DNA of 63,158 nt, filler included, from Octopus bimaculoides (GCF_001194135.2; 5 parts of 5 records of this genome joined end to end with filler, not necessarily neighbours in it); one strand, 5' to 3'; numbered from the whole stretch's first letter, positions 10,863-21,078 are shown. A program made the numbers and translations. The notes: a model not told the origin generated them from the letters alone.

Positions 10863-11094
10863 AGTATATATATATATATATATAATATATANNNNNNNNN
10901 NNNNNNNNNNNNNNNNNNNNNNNNNNNNNNNNNNNNNNNNNNNNNNNNNNNNNNNNNNNNNNNNNNNNNNNNNNNNNNNNNNNNNNNNNNNNNNNNNNNN
11001 NNNNNNNNNNNNNNNNNNNNNNNNNNNNNNNNNNNNNNNNNNNNNNNNNNNNNNNNNNNNNNNNNNNNNNNNNNNNNNNNNNNNNATTCATTTA

Positions 11095-11415
11095 CCATCC
11101 TTCAAAGAAGAATATTGTTGACAATGACTTCGAAGTTTCGGCCAGCTAACCCATCGTCGGACTGCCTTGCAATAGAGTTCAAAACCCTTTTTTACGTGTC
11201 TGCGTGTGAGTGGGGTGGTAATTAGATTTTTCGGATTGGTATTTATTGATTAAATGTGGGGTTATGTTATTGTTTAGAATTTATTCATGTATGTATTGAA
11301 TAAAACTTTGTAAACCACGTGTGTAGGTTTTTTCCCTTTTGTTAGGTAGACACATGACAGTGTTTTTGTTGTTTTTACTATTCTTCGAATTAAACCTCTT
11401 GCTTTGACAATATAA
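11095..11415 (-). mobile_element. Dispersed repeat, probably a decayed PLE RT C-terminal/linker fragment
   Basis: Reverse complement aligns with 12110-12470 (TGTGTCTACCTAA, CATGAATAAATTCTAAACAA.AACATAACCCCA.ATTTAATCAATAAA). Reads ILNNNITPHLINK and FEVIVNNI, reminiscent of the PLE L..NGYP..I segment. Confidence 0.45.
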
Positions 11416-11620
11416 ATGTCAAAGATATAAAGTCAAGTATTGAAGCCCTTAGTAATTAGGTAGATGGTAAGTTTTAGCGCTTCATTTCTTTATAGGTTAT
11501 TTATTGTTTTCATTTATAAGGTGGAGGTCATTAGTCAGGCGTGTCATGGCTTAGTTAGTATAGAAAAGTGCTTCTCTCGTGCTTTGATGTTCCCATAAAT
11601 GTTTGAATAAGGGCTTTTAT

Positions 11621-11687
11621 TCTTCTATGCTCTAGTATATTCTTTTATGCTCTAGTATATTCTTTTATGCTCTAGTATATTCTTTTA
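11621..11687. repeat. 20-bp tandem repeat (TCTTTTATGCTCTAGTATAT) x3.3 at a SINE B tail
   Basis: Units at 11621, 11641 and 11661, then TCTTTTA. Confidence 0.95.
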
Positions 11688-12056
11688 CTTGTTTCAGTCA
11701 TTTGACTGCGACCATGCTAGAGCACCGCCTTTCAGTCGAGCAAACCGACCCCAGGACTTATTCCTTGTAAGCCTAATACTTATTTTATCGGTCTGTTTTT
11801 CCGAACCGCTAAGTTACGGCGACGTAAACACTCCAGCATCCGTTGTCAAGCGATGTTGGGCGGGAGACAAACACAGACACCCCTCCCCCCCCACACACGA
11901 CAGGCTTCTTTCTGTTTCCGTCTACCAAATCCACTCACAAGTCTTTGGTCGGCCCGAGGCAAATAGTAGAAGACACTTGCCCAAGGTGCCACGCAGTGGG
12001 ACTGAACCTGGGAATCATGTGGTAGGTAAGCAAGCTACTTACCACACAGCCACATG
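11681..12056 (-). mobile_element. SINE family B, near full-length
   Basis: Minus strand: GGCTGTGTGGTAAGTAGCTTG head, GGTTCAGTCCCACTGCGTGGCACCTTGGGCAAGTGTCTTCT, body, and (AAAAGA) tail. Confidence 0.93.
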
Positions 12057-12109
12057 TTTCTTTCTAGGTGTTCCTTTTTCTATAAGCAGTCCTGGTTAGT
12101 GTAATTTTG

Positions 12110-12470
12110 ATTGTCAAAGCAAAAGGATTAAACTCAATAATACCAAAAGCATCAAAAATACTCTCACACCTTGTGTCTACCTAATTATAGGGAAACAGGT
12201 GTTTACAAAGTTCTACATGCATGAATAAATTCTAAACAACAACATAACCCCAAATTTAATCAATAAAATCTTCTGTAAAACACCTTTCCCTAACAAGCAA
12301 CCATAACAACTTAATTACAACTCTATTCAAGCCCACACGCCCAAAGAAGATTTTAACCCAAGAGAAAGAGAGAGACTATATAAAAGCAAGACTAACTTTA
12401 TTGCATCTCAGACCGAGTCGAAGTTACTGTCAACAACATCCCTGCTTAAGAGCAATAAATTTGCGCAGAC
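12110..12470 (+). mobile_element. Dispersed repeat, probably a decayed PLE RT C-terminal/linker fragment (inverted partner of 11095-11415)
   Basis: Reads ILNNNITPNLINKI ... DRVEVTVNNI and aligns with the reverse complement of 11095-11415. Confidence 0.45.
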
Positions 12471-12522
12471 ACACGCACACATGAAAATTTGTACAAACAT
12501 TATATATATATATATATATATT

Positions 12523-12678
12523 TACGACGGGCTTCTTTCAGTTTCCGTCTATCAAATCCACTCACAAGGCTTTGGTCGGTCCGAGGCTATAGTAGAAGAC
12601 ACTTGCCCAAAGTGCCACGAAGTGGGACTGAACCCGGAACCATGTGGTTGGGAAGCAAGCTACTTACTACATACCCAC
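12523..12678 (-). mobile_element. SINE family B, 5' half ending in (TA)n
   Basis: Matches 14523-14678. Confidence 0.9.
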
Positions 12679-12765
12679 TTCTGCTCCTTAGACTTCTATT
12701 AGGTACAACATATGTTCCGACCCATCAATCTGGGTCTCTTCAGGTACATTAATAAAGATGTTTCA

Positions 12766-12957
12766 CTAGAGATTTTTAGTGTTGGCTGGCTTGTTGTTGT
12801 ATGCAGAGCAAGTTAGGAAATGAATGTCGAAAAAGTAAATTTTCCAGCGCACTTTGCTAATGAACTGGCTGGTCTTCTCAAGAAGTGGTCTCATATATTC
12901 CTTTCTACCTGGTATAGGTATATCATTGAGTGAGACGTCTATTACCATTTTTCCCAT
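12766..12957 (-). mobile_element. Penelope-like element, N-terminal ORF fragment
   Basis: SLNDIPIPGRKEYMRPLLEKTSQFISKVRWKIYFF matches, from memory, the recurrent invertebrate PLE N-terminal motif SLKNIPIP.K.EY...LIEKTE.FI.R.RWKAFFF. Confidence 0.65.
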
Positions 12958-13210
12958 CTTCCCAGCACACTAATAATTGTAAGCATCGTCGTCCGTAATA
13001 CAGGTGATGGCTTTTATAATAATAAATAATTTGGACAAATAAGTATATCTTCTACTATTAATTAATAATATTAATTAATACTATTACCCTGCCACTGCGA
13101 AGTTCCTGAAGTACTGTACCACAACTGTGGATGATAACAGGTAACATAAACTGTGTCGGTGCTCTACTCAACGTTTAAACAGACTAATCAACTTAATCCA
13201 AAATATTTAC

Positions 13211-13253
<43 letters not shown>

Positions 13254-13446
13254 TATATATTTACACACACACACACACACACACACACGAGCAAGCACAT
13301 AAATGCGAAACAAGGTGGGAAAAATAGTACTCGAATATCAGAGGTAGAGTAATATGGTTTATGAAAAAGCAGTAAAAATATTACAAACACTGTTCTTGCG
13401 ATATTTTTGCTGCTTTTTGATAAAATACATATGCATACATACATAT

Positions 13447-13477
<31 letters not shown>

Positions 13478-13775
13478 CATACATACATACATATATATAN
13501 NNNNNNNNNNNNNNNNNNNNNNNNNNNNNNNNNNNNNNNNNNNNNNNNNNNNNNNNNNNNNNNNNNNNNNNNNNNNNNNNNNNNNNNNNNNNNNNNNNNN
13601 NNNNNNNNNNNNNNNNNNNNNNNNNNNNNNNNNNNNNNNNNNNNNNNNNNNNNNNNNNNNNNNNNNNNNNNNNNNNNNNNNNNNNNNNNNNNNNNNNNNN
13701 NNNNNNNNNNNNNNNNNNNNNNNNNNNNNNNNNNNNNNNNNNNNNNNNNNNNNNNNNNNNNNNNNNNNNNNNNNN

Positions 13776-13819
<44 letters not shown>

Positions 13820-13821
<2 letters not shown>

Positions 13822-13958
13822 CCAGTTCTTTCAGCTCCCTCTACCAAACACACTCAAGAGGGGTTTTTTTTGTAACCCTGCACCAACTACCACGCAATGG
13901 GACTGAACTTAGAACCATGTGATTGGGAACCAAACTTACCACAACCACAGCTGCTCCT
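13820..13958 (-). mobile_element. SINE family B, degenerate head
   Basis: CTCTACCAAACACACTCA ... CACGCAATGGGACTGAAC..GAACCATGTGATTGGGAACCAAACTTACCACA. Confidence 0.75.
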
Positions 13959-14247
13959 ATTAACAATATTTTTATGTTAAAAATTATTTCCCTCCTCAAA
14001 GAATCCCCTCTGAAATCCTAAATTTCCCCCTCGTGCAGAGTATAATTTTCCATAGGTAAACAGTGCAGATTTTAATTGAATATTCATAACTTAAAATATG
14101 CAAATGTTGCCATTAACAAAAAGAAATTGAAAATGATTATTACAACACCAGTTGTCTCCCTTAGATCATTTTTCTAAGATTCGACCTCCACGGGTTTTTT
14201 TTGCCCCCATATAATTTATTCAACGTAAAATAGTTCATATTAAGATA

Positions 14248-14485
14248 CTCTCTTTACTCTTTTACTCGCTTCAGTCATTTGGCTGTGGCCATGCTAGAGC
14301 ACCACCTTTAGTTGAGCAAATCGACACCCAAGACTTATTCTTTGAAAGCCTAGTACTTATTCTATCAGATTCTTTTGCCGAACCGCTAAGTTACGGGGAC
14401 ATAAACACACCAGCATCGTTTGTCAAGCGATATTGGGGGGACAAACACAGGCAAACAAACATATACACACACATACATGTACATA

Positions 14486-14526
<41 letters not shown>

Positions 14527-14678
14527 GACGGGCTTCTTTCAGTTTCCGTCTACCAAATCCACTCACAAGGCTTTGGTTGGCCCGAGGCTATAGTAGAAGA
14601 CGCTTACCCAAGGTGCAACGCAGTGGGACTGAACCCGGAACCATGTGGTTCGTAAGCAAGCTACTTACCACAAAGCCA
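14248..14678 (-). mobile_element. SINE family B, full-length with internal (TA)n
   Basis: Tail, body, (CA/TA)n at about 14460-14525, and head all present in order. Confidence 0.93.
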
Positions 14679-14741
14679 CTTCAATATAAATTTTTTTTAA
14701 ATACCATTAGAATTTATTTGTGTATTGATGTAAAAAAATGT

Positions 14742-14895
14742 AGGCAGGCGTGGCTATGTGTTAATCAGTTTGTTTCCCATCCATATGAAGGTGGGTTCAG
14801 TCCTACTACATGGCAACTTGGGCAATTGTCTTCTGCTATAGCCCTGGGCTAACCAAAGTCTTCTGAGTGGATTGGTAGATGGAAGCTGAAAGAAG
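14742..14895 (+). mobile_element. SINE family B, 5' half (head-to-head with 14248-14678)
   Basis: GGCGTGGCTATGTG...CTTGGGCAATTGTCTTCTGCTATAGCC...GAGTGGATTGGTAGATGGAAGCTGAAAGAAG. Confidence 0.8.
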
Positions 14896-14917
14896 TATAT
14901 AACTCCTTACTAAATGT

Positions 14918-14979
<62 letters not shown>

Positions 14980-14980
<1 letters not shown>

Positions 14981-15590
14981 CTTATCAACGTAGAAGCAGC
15001 GGGGTAAGAACAAATGATGCAATTAGAATTCTGCTATAAAACCTCCACTATAGGAATGAAGAGGTACTTAAGTAGTAGAGAGGATTGGATGCTGCCGCTT
15101 CTGTGCAGACACGAAAGCAGCAAAAAGACGCATTATATTGTCAAGGAAGCTTGTGAATTCGCTGGGGAACTTGACGTTAATCCTGAATTAGATGAACAAC
15201 CTGAAACAACTGCTATCAAGCAAGCAAGCAAAACGAACCAAGCAAACAGCTAAAAAGAACGGGCAGAAGCAAAATGAGGAGTGACGGAGGCCAGAAGTCC
15301 TTGCATGGACAATATATTGTTCAAAGTCAAAATGCTGATGGAGACCAAGCAACGATCCATCAGTGGTTGAGGAGTTCAGGTTAGAAAGCAGGGACTGAAG
15401 GCTTCATATTGGCAGCACAAGATCAAAGCTTGTTTACCAGAAATTACAAGTCTATTCTTCAGACCGGTACTGGTCCTAAACGTAGATTCTGCAACACATT
15501 TTACGAAATAATAGACTATTTGCTGACACCAAATGAATATGAAAATTGTCACGCTAGGGTAGGACAGAATTTACATTGGAAAATATGTTG
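14980..15590 (+). mobile_element. R4/Dong-clade retrotransposon, internal fragment (RT thumb to zinc-knuckle region), decayed
   Basis: MQLEFCYKTSTIGM..., KSLHGQY, HQWLRSSG*KAGTEGFILAAQDQSLFTRNY, remnant of CR.C...ETI.H, and HARVGQNLHWKIC (RHD.V...LHW.IC). Confidence 0.88.
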
Positions 15591-15914
15591 TTGTTGTTGT
15601 TGTTGGCACTCCATCGCTTACGACGACGAGGGTTCCAGTTGATCCGATCAACGGAACAGCCTGCTCGTGAAATTAACGTGCAAGTGGCTGTGTACCCTTA
15701 ACGTAGTTCTCGGGGATATTCTGCATGACACAGTGTGACAAGACTGACCCTTTGAATTACAGGCACAACAGAAACAGGAAGAAAGAGTGAGAGAAAGTTG
15801 TGGTGAAAGAGTACAGCAGGGTTCGCCACCATCCCCTGCCGGAGCCTCGTGGAGCTTTTAGGTGTTTTCACTCAATAAACACTCACAACGCCCGGTCTGG
15901 GAATCGAAACGGCG
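15586..15914 (-). mobile_element. SINE family C with (CAA)n tail, head cut by a gap
   Basis: Reverse complement of 17275-17614, with a 17-nt internal deletion after GTGGCTG. Confidence 0.93.
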
Positions 15915-16836
15915 NNNNNNNNNNNNNNNNNNNNNNNNNNNNNNNNNNNNNNNNNNNNNNNNNNNNNNNNNNNNNNNNNNNNNNNNNNNNNNNNNNNNNN
16001 NNNNNNNNNNNNNNNNNNNNNNNNNNNNNNNNNNNNNNNNNNNNNNNNNNNNNNNNNNNNNNNNNNNNNNNNNNNNNNNNNNNNNNNNNNNNNNNNNNNN
16101 NNNNNNNNNNNNNNNNNNNNNNNNNNNNNNNNNNNNNNNNNNNNNNNNNNNNNNNNNNNNNNNNNNNNNNNNNNNNNNNNNNNNNNNNNNNNNNNNNNNN
16201 NNNNNNNNNNNNNNNNNNNNNNNNNNNNNNNNNNNNNNNNNNNNNNNNNNNNNNNNNNNNNNNNNNNNNNNNNNNNNNNNNNNNNNNNNNNNNNNNNNNN
16301 NNNNNNNNNNNNNNNNNNNNNNNNNNNNNNNNNNNNNNNNNNNNNNNNNNNNNNNNNNNNNNNNNNNNNNNNNNNNNNNNNNNNNNNNNNNNNNNNNNNN
16401 NNNNNNNNNNNNNNNNNNNNNNNNNNNNNNNNNNNNNNNNNNNNNNNNNNNNNNNNNNNNNNNNNNNNNNNNNNNNNNNNNNNNNNNNNNNNNNNNNNNN
16501 NNNNNNNNNNNNNNNNNNNNNNNNNNNNNNNNNNNNNNNNNNNNNNNNNNNNNNNNNNNNNNNNNNNNNNNNNNNNNNNNNNNNNNNNNNNNNNNNNNNN
16601 NNNNNNNNNNNNNNNNNNNNNNNNNNNNNNNNNNNNNNNNNNNNNNNNNNNNNNNNNNNNNNNNNNNNNNNNNNNNNNNNNNNNNNNNNNNNNNNNNNNN
16701 NNNNNNNNNNNNNNNNNNNNNNNNNNNNNNNNNNNNNNNNNNNNNNNNNNNNNNNNNNNNNNNNNNNNNNNNNNNNNNNNNNNNNNNNNNNNNNNNNNNN
16801 NNNNNNNNNNNNNNNNNNNNNNNNNNNNNNNNNNNG

Positions 16837-17180
16837 GCACCTTGGGCAAGTGTCTTCTACTATAGTCTTGGGCCGACCAAAGCTTTGTGAGTGGATTTGG
16901 TAGACGGAAACTGAAAGAAGTCCGTCGTATATATGTGTATGTATATATATATATGTATGTGTGTTTGTGTGTCTGTGTTTGTCCCTCCACCATCGCTTGA
17001 CAACAGATGCTGGTGTGTTTGCGTCCCCGTAACTTAGCGGTTCGGCAAAAGAGACCGATAGAATAAGTACTAGGCTTACAAAGAATAAGTCCTGGGGTCG
17101 ATTTGCTCGACTAAAGGCGGTGCTCCAGCATGGCCGCAGTCAAATGACAAACATGTAAAAGAGTAAAAGAGTAAAAAGAG
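16837..17180 (+). mobile_element. SINE family B, head lost in gap, internal (TA/TG)n
   Basis: CACCTTGGGCAAGTGTCTTCTACTATAG through GTAAAAGAGTAAAAGAG. Confidence 0.93.
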
Positions 17181-17228
17181 AGTGGAAATTGAACCGGTGT
17201 GTTAAATAATAAGGCACTAAAAGAGAAT

Positions 17229-17614
17229 GGTGGAGGCGCAATGGCCCAGTGGTTAGGGTAGCGAACTCGCGGTCATAGGATCGCGGTTTCGATTCCCAGA
17301 CCGGGCGTTGTGAGTGTTTATTGAGCGAAAACACCTAAAGCTCCACGAGGCTCCGGCAGTGGATGGTGGAGAACCCTGCTGTACTCTTCCACCACAACTT
17401 TCTCTCACTCTTACTTCCTGTTTCTGTTGTGCCTGTAATTCAAAGGGTCAGCCTTGTCACACTGTGTCACACTGAATATCCCCGAGAACTACGTTAAGGG
17501 TACACGTGTCTGTGGAGTGCTCAGCCACTTGCACGTTAATTTCACGAGCAGGCTGTTCCGTTGATCGGATCAACTGGAACCCTCGACGTCGTAAGCGACG
17601 GAGTGCCAACAACA
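17229..17614 (+). mobile_element. SINE family C, full-length
   Basis: tRNA-like head with A box TGGCCCAGTGG and B box GGTTTCGATTCC; ends GGAGTGCCAACAACAA. Confidence 0.93.
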
Positions 17615-17679
17615 AAAGAGAATGACCGCTCCCAGACACAATAATAATAATTTCTATCAATGGCAAAAGGTCTGAAATA

Positions 17680-17995
17680 TTACGGGAAGGATCAAATTGA
17701 TTATATAGACCGCAGTGCTATACTGTTACCTATTTTATCAACCCTGAACGGATGAACAGTAAAGTCGACTCTTGTGTTTTTGAAGAACTTAGAAACACTA
17801 ACTTCTTCGTAATCTTTCTCCAGCGCAGTCAAATCTTTGCGGGCTTCCTCAAACTCGCTTTCCTCCATACCTCCATTAACATACCAGTGAACAAAAGCTC
17901 GCTTGACAAACATTAAGTTAAATTTACACCTCCGAAGTGTTTGAACATACAGCGTAAAGACGAACAAAATGCCGCTAAGCCATTCTGTCCGGCCT
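17680..17995 (-). mobile_element. SINE family A, degenerate and split by the alpha-tubulin fragment
   Basis: 5' part at 17927-17995 (GAATGGCTTAGCGGCATTTTGTTCGTCTTTACG..GTTCAAA); 3' part at 17680-17790 (GAGTCGACTTTACTGTTCATCCGTTCAGGGTTGATAAAATAGG..GCACTGCGGTC.ATATAATC). Confidence 0.75.
17791..17925 (-). pseudogene. TUBA: Alpha-tubulin C-terminal (H11-H12) fragment, 45 codons, probably a retrocopy remnant
   Basis: [45 protein letters not shown] versus canonical [46 protein letters not shown]. No indels or stops, but invariant residues are changed, and both flanks are SINE sequence. Confidence 0.88.
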
Positions 17996-18316
17996 GTTAA
18001 CGATTCTGCAAGCTCACCACCATAACAGCACCACCACTACCAACAACAACAACAGCAGCAGCAAACAAATACTTGCTTCTCTTTCTGAAAATGCTTAATT
18101 CTTTTGTTCTTACTTACCGGTTTCAGCATAATTGTTTTCCATTTGTACCATGGTGAATCCTGTTAGAATTTTTTTATACGAAATGCAGGATGAAGGCTTT
18201 CACAAACATGTCACGTGTGACATTGTAAAATGCTATTTTGTAATCTACCCCTGCTGTTTGGTAAATTCATTATAGTTCATTTCATTTCAACTGTTTTTTT
18301 ATAAATCATCCATCAC

Positions 18317-18648
18317 TAAAGAGTAATGGGTAAAGACCCTCTTCGGTCATGAATAACCATGAGATTGCATCTAGAAAATTCCCCTCCGAGGCACAAGTCA
18401 GGGCAAGTTCGTTTATGGAAACCAGCAGTCGGCCATACATAACAGCCTACCCTCTTCACACCACTGATGTCTAAGGGATACAGCTTGGCACCAGTGACTC
18501 CACAACTCATTTCTACTGAAGAATGAGCTGGAGCAACGTGAAATGAAGTGTCTTGCTCAAGAAGACAACACAGCCCGGTGCGAGAACCGAACTCACTACC
18601 ACATGATTGTGAGCCCGACGCTCTAACCACTGAGCCATGCGCCTTAAC
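18317..18648 (-). mobile_element. SINE family D (tRNA head plus CORE-like domain), full-length
   Basis: Minus strand: GGCGCATGGCTCAGTGGTTAGAGCGTCGG..GAGTTCGGTTCTCG head, followed by TTCTTGAGCAAGACACTT..TTGCTCCAG (CORE-like). Confidence 0.85.
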
Positions 18649-18739
18649 TACCCTATTGATTCTCACTCATTCCTTGCAGACATACAGCTGACTAGAATGG
18701 AGTTATGTAAGTTGTTGGTGTTACAATGAAGGTCATGGG

Positions 18740-19075
18740 ATATTTTGGTGTGAGTGCTGTGTTATTTACTGCGCGAGGATTTTTTAATCTCATTTCAATA
18801 TCAATATCTCTGTATTTTGATAAGTTCCCCGTCACTTTTCAGGTAATGTTTTGATTAAGAGTGAGTCGAGATGCCCTTTTGATTGCTACACCTGGACGGT
18901 TTTCCGCCAATCTTCTCAATGTGGTTTGGCATGTCCCAAATGACTTTAGCCAAATTGCTGCCATTGACATGTTTCGCTACATGCTTATATCAATCCTTAA
19001 ATATTTCACGTCTAAGTGTCGTAGTATCTCCCAATACGACATAGCAGCCGACTTGATCGTGTCAGTGAGTATCCT
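18740..19075 (-). mobile_element. R4/Dong-clade retrotransposon, decayed REL-endonuclease fragment
   Basis: With frameshifts: HDQVGCYV/WEILRHLDVK, KVIWDMP, AENRPGV.IK (RPD motif), LSKYRDIDIEMR (KY.DL.IE). Confidence 0.7.
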
Positions 19076-20292
19076 CTTCCTCCTCCTTCTCCTCCTCCTC
19101 CTTCTCCTCCTCCTCCTCCTGTCTTCTTTTTCTTCATTTTTCTTCTTCTTTTCTTCCTCCTTCCACCACCACCACCCTCCTCCTCCTCCTCCTCCTCCTC
19201 CTCCTCCNNNNNNNNNNNNNNNNNNNNNNNNNNNNNNNNNNNNNNNNNNNNNNNNNNNNNNNNNNNNNNNNNNNNNNNNNNNNNNNNNNNNNNNNNNNNN
19301 NNNNNNNNNNNNNNNNNNNNNNNNNNNNNNNNNNNNNNNNNNNNNNNNNNNNNNNNNNNNNNNNNNNNNNNNNNNNNNNNNNNNNNNNNNNNNNNNNNNN
19401 NNNNNNNNNNNNNNNNNNNNNNNNNNNNNNNNNNNNNNNNNNNNNNNNNNNNNNNNNNNNNNNNNNNNNNNNNNNNNNNNNNNNNNNNNNNNNNNNNNNN
19501 NNNNNNNNNNNNNNNNNNNNNNNNNNNNNNNNNNNNNNNNNNNNNNNNNNNNNNNNNNNNNNNNNNNNNNNNNNNNNNNNNNNNNNNNNNNNNNNNNNNN
19601 NNNNNNNNNNNNNNNNNNNNNNNNNNNNNNNNNNNNNNNNNNNNNNNNNNNNNNNNNNNNNNNNNNNNNNNNNNNNNNNNNNNNNNNNNNNNNNNNNNNN
19701 NNNNNNNNNNNNNNNNNNNNNNNNNNNNNNNNNNNNNNNNNNNNNNNNNNNNNNNNNNNNNNNNNNNNNNNNNNNNNNNNNNNNNNNNNNNNNNNNNNNN
19801 NNNNNNNNNNNNNNNNGGTGGTGGTGGTGGTGGTGGTGTTCATCATTTGGTGCTTGTGTTTGTCAGTTCTGACTTCAGATTTTGTTCAATATCTAATAAA
19901 GCCAAGCCTTTGCACCGAGAAACTTTAACTGGTTCCTCGAGTGGGGCGGGTGGAGATGTTTATCGTCCATGATCTACTGGCTCTTAAATGTCAATCTTGA
20001 GACGGGTGTACCAAACACTGCTACCGCCACCAGCAACAGCAACGACGACGACGACGCCGACGACGACAATCCGATGCGTACCCCGTTTGACAGATCGATC
20101 TCGCTCTAGAACCACAAGCGTAACCCTATTAAGTGTTGGTTATTAAACCACAGCATACATGTTTGTTTCTCTATCTGAAATGTCTGTGTCTGACGACCAA
20201 TGTCTCTGTGAGATAACTAGAGACAGTAAGAAAGACAACTCCAATCTGAAACACCTAGATATAAATGGTAGCGTAATGACGCTTGTTGCAGC

Positions 20293-20372
<80 letters not shown>

Positions 20373-20376
20373 TTAC

Positions 20377-20445
<69 letters not shown>

Positions 20446-20454
20446 TATTATTAC

Positions 20455-20508
<54 letters not shown>
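20293..20508. repeat. Long (ATT)n microsatellite (about 215 bp, a few interruptions)
   Basis: Direct reading. Confidence 0.97.
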
Positions 20509-20509
20509 G

Positions 20510-20725
20510 TAAGGCGGCAAGCTGACGGAATCGCTAGCATGTTGGACGAAATGTTTAACGGTATTTCGCCCGTCTGTGGTGTTCTGAATTCAAATTCCGC
20601 CGAGGTCGACTTTGCCTTTCATCCTTTCGGCGTCTATGAAATAACTACCCGTCAAGTACTGGGGTAGATATAATCGACTATCCACCACCCTCAAATTCCA
20701 GGCCTAGTGCCTACAGTAGAAAGGC

Positions 20726-20727
<2 letters not shown>
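20510..20727 (+). mobile_element. SINE family A monomer between (ATT)n tracts
   Basis: AAGGCGGCAAGCTGACGGAATC...TTCAAATTCCGCCGAGGTCGACTTTGCCTTTCATCC...GTGCCTACAGTAGAAAGG. Confidence 0.9.
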
Positions 20728-20759
<32 letters not shown>

Positions 20760-20786
20760 CATTATTATTATTATTATTATTATCAT

Positions 20787-21034
20787 TGTTCAGTAGTTTT
20801 ATTTTTATAACATGCTTTCACTTCACTACCGAGCGCAGCTCTGTGTGCCTTGGGTATGTGCTGTGGTTTGCTGTGATGCTCTTATGTTTACTGTATTGAA
20901 AGTGTTTTGCGTATGATGTGTGCAGTGCCCAGTAGTGCAATTTTCTGTATGTTATATATATTTGTAAGTCCTGGTGTTTTTGTTATGTATTTGTCTGAAT
21001 ATTTTTTTATTATACCTAAGGCACCTACTATGAT
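20787..21034 (-). mobile_element. R4/Dong-clade 3' end, subfamily 1 (second copy), with (TAA)n at its 3' end
   Basis: Reverse complement is near-identical to 1272-1520; cut by an assembly linker. Confidence 0.9.
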
Positions 21035-21078
21035 NNNNNNNNNNNNNNNNNNNNNNNNNNNNNNNNNNNNNNNNNNNN

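Noticed and set aside
17229-17305. tRNA-like sequences with A and B boxes (also 18575-18648 and the SINE A and B heads)
   Set aside because: They continue into SINE bodies, occur in diverged multiple copies, and lack a full cloverleaf; not tRNA genes.
20143-20525. Poly-Ile, poly-Leu, VC/TH/YI and ER repeat ORFs throughout the window
   Set aside because: Translations of (ATT)n, (GT)n, (TA)n and (GA)n microsatellites.
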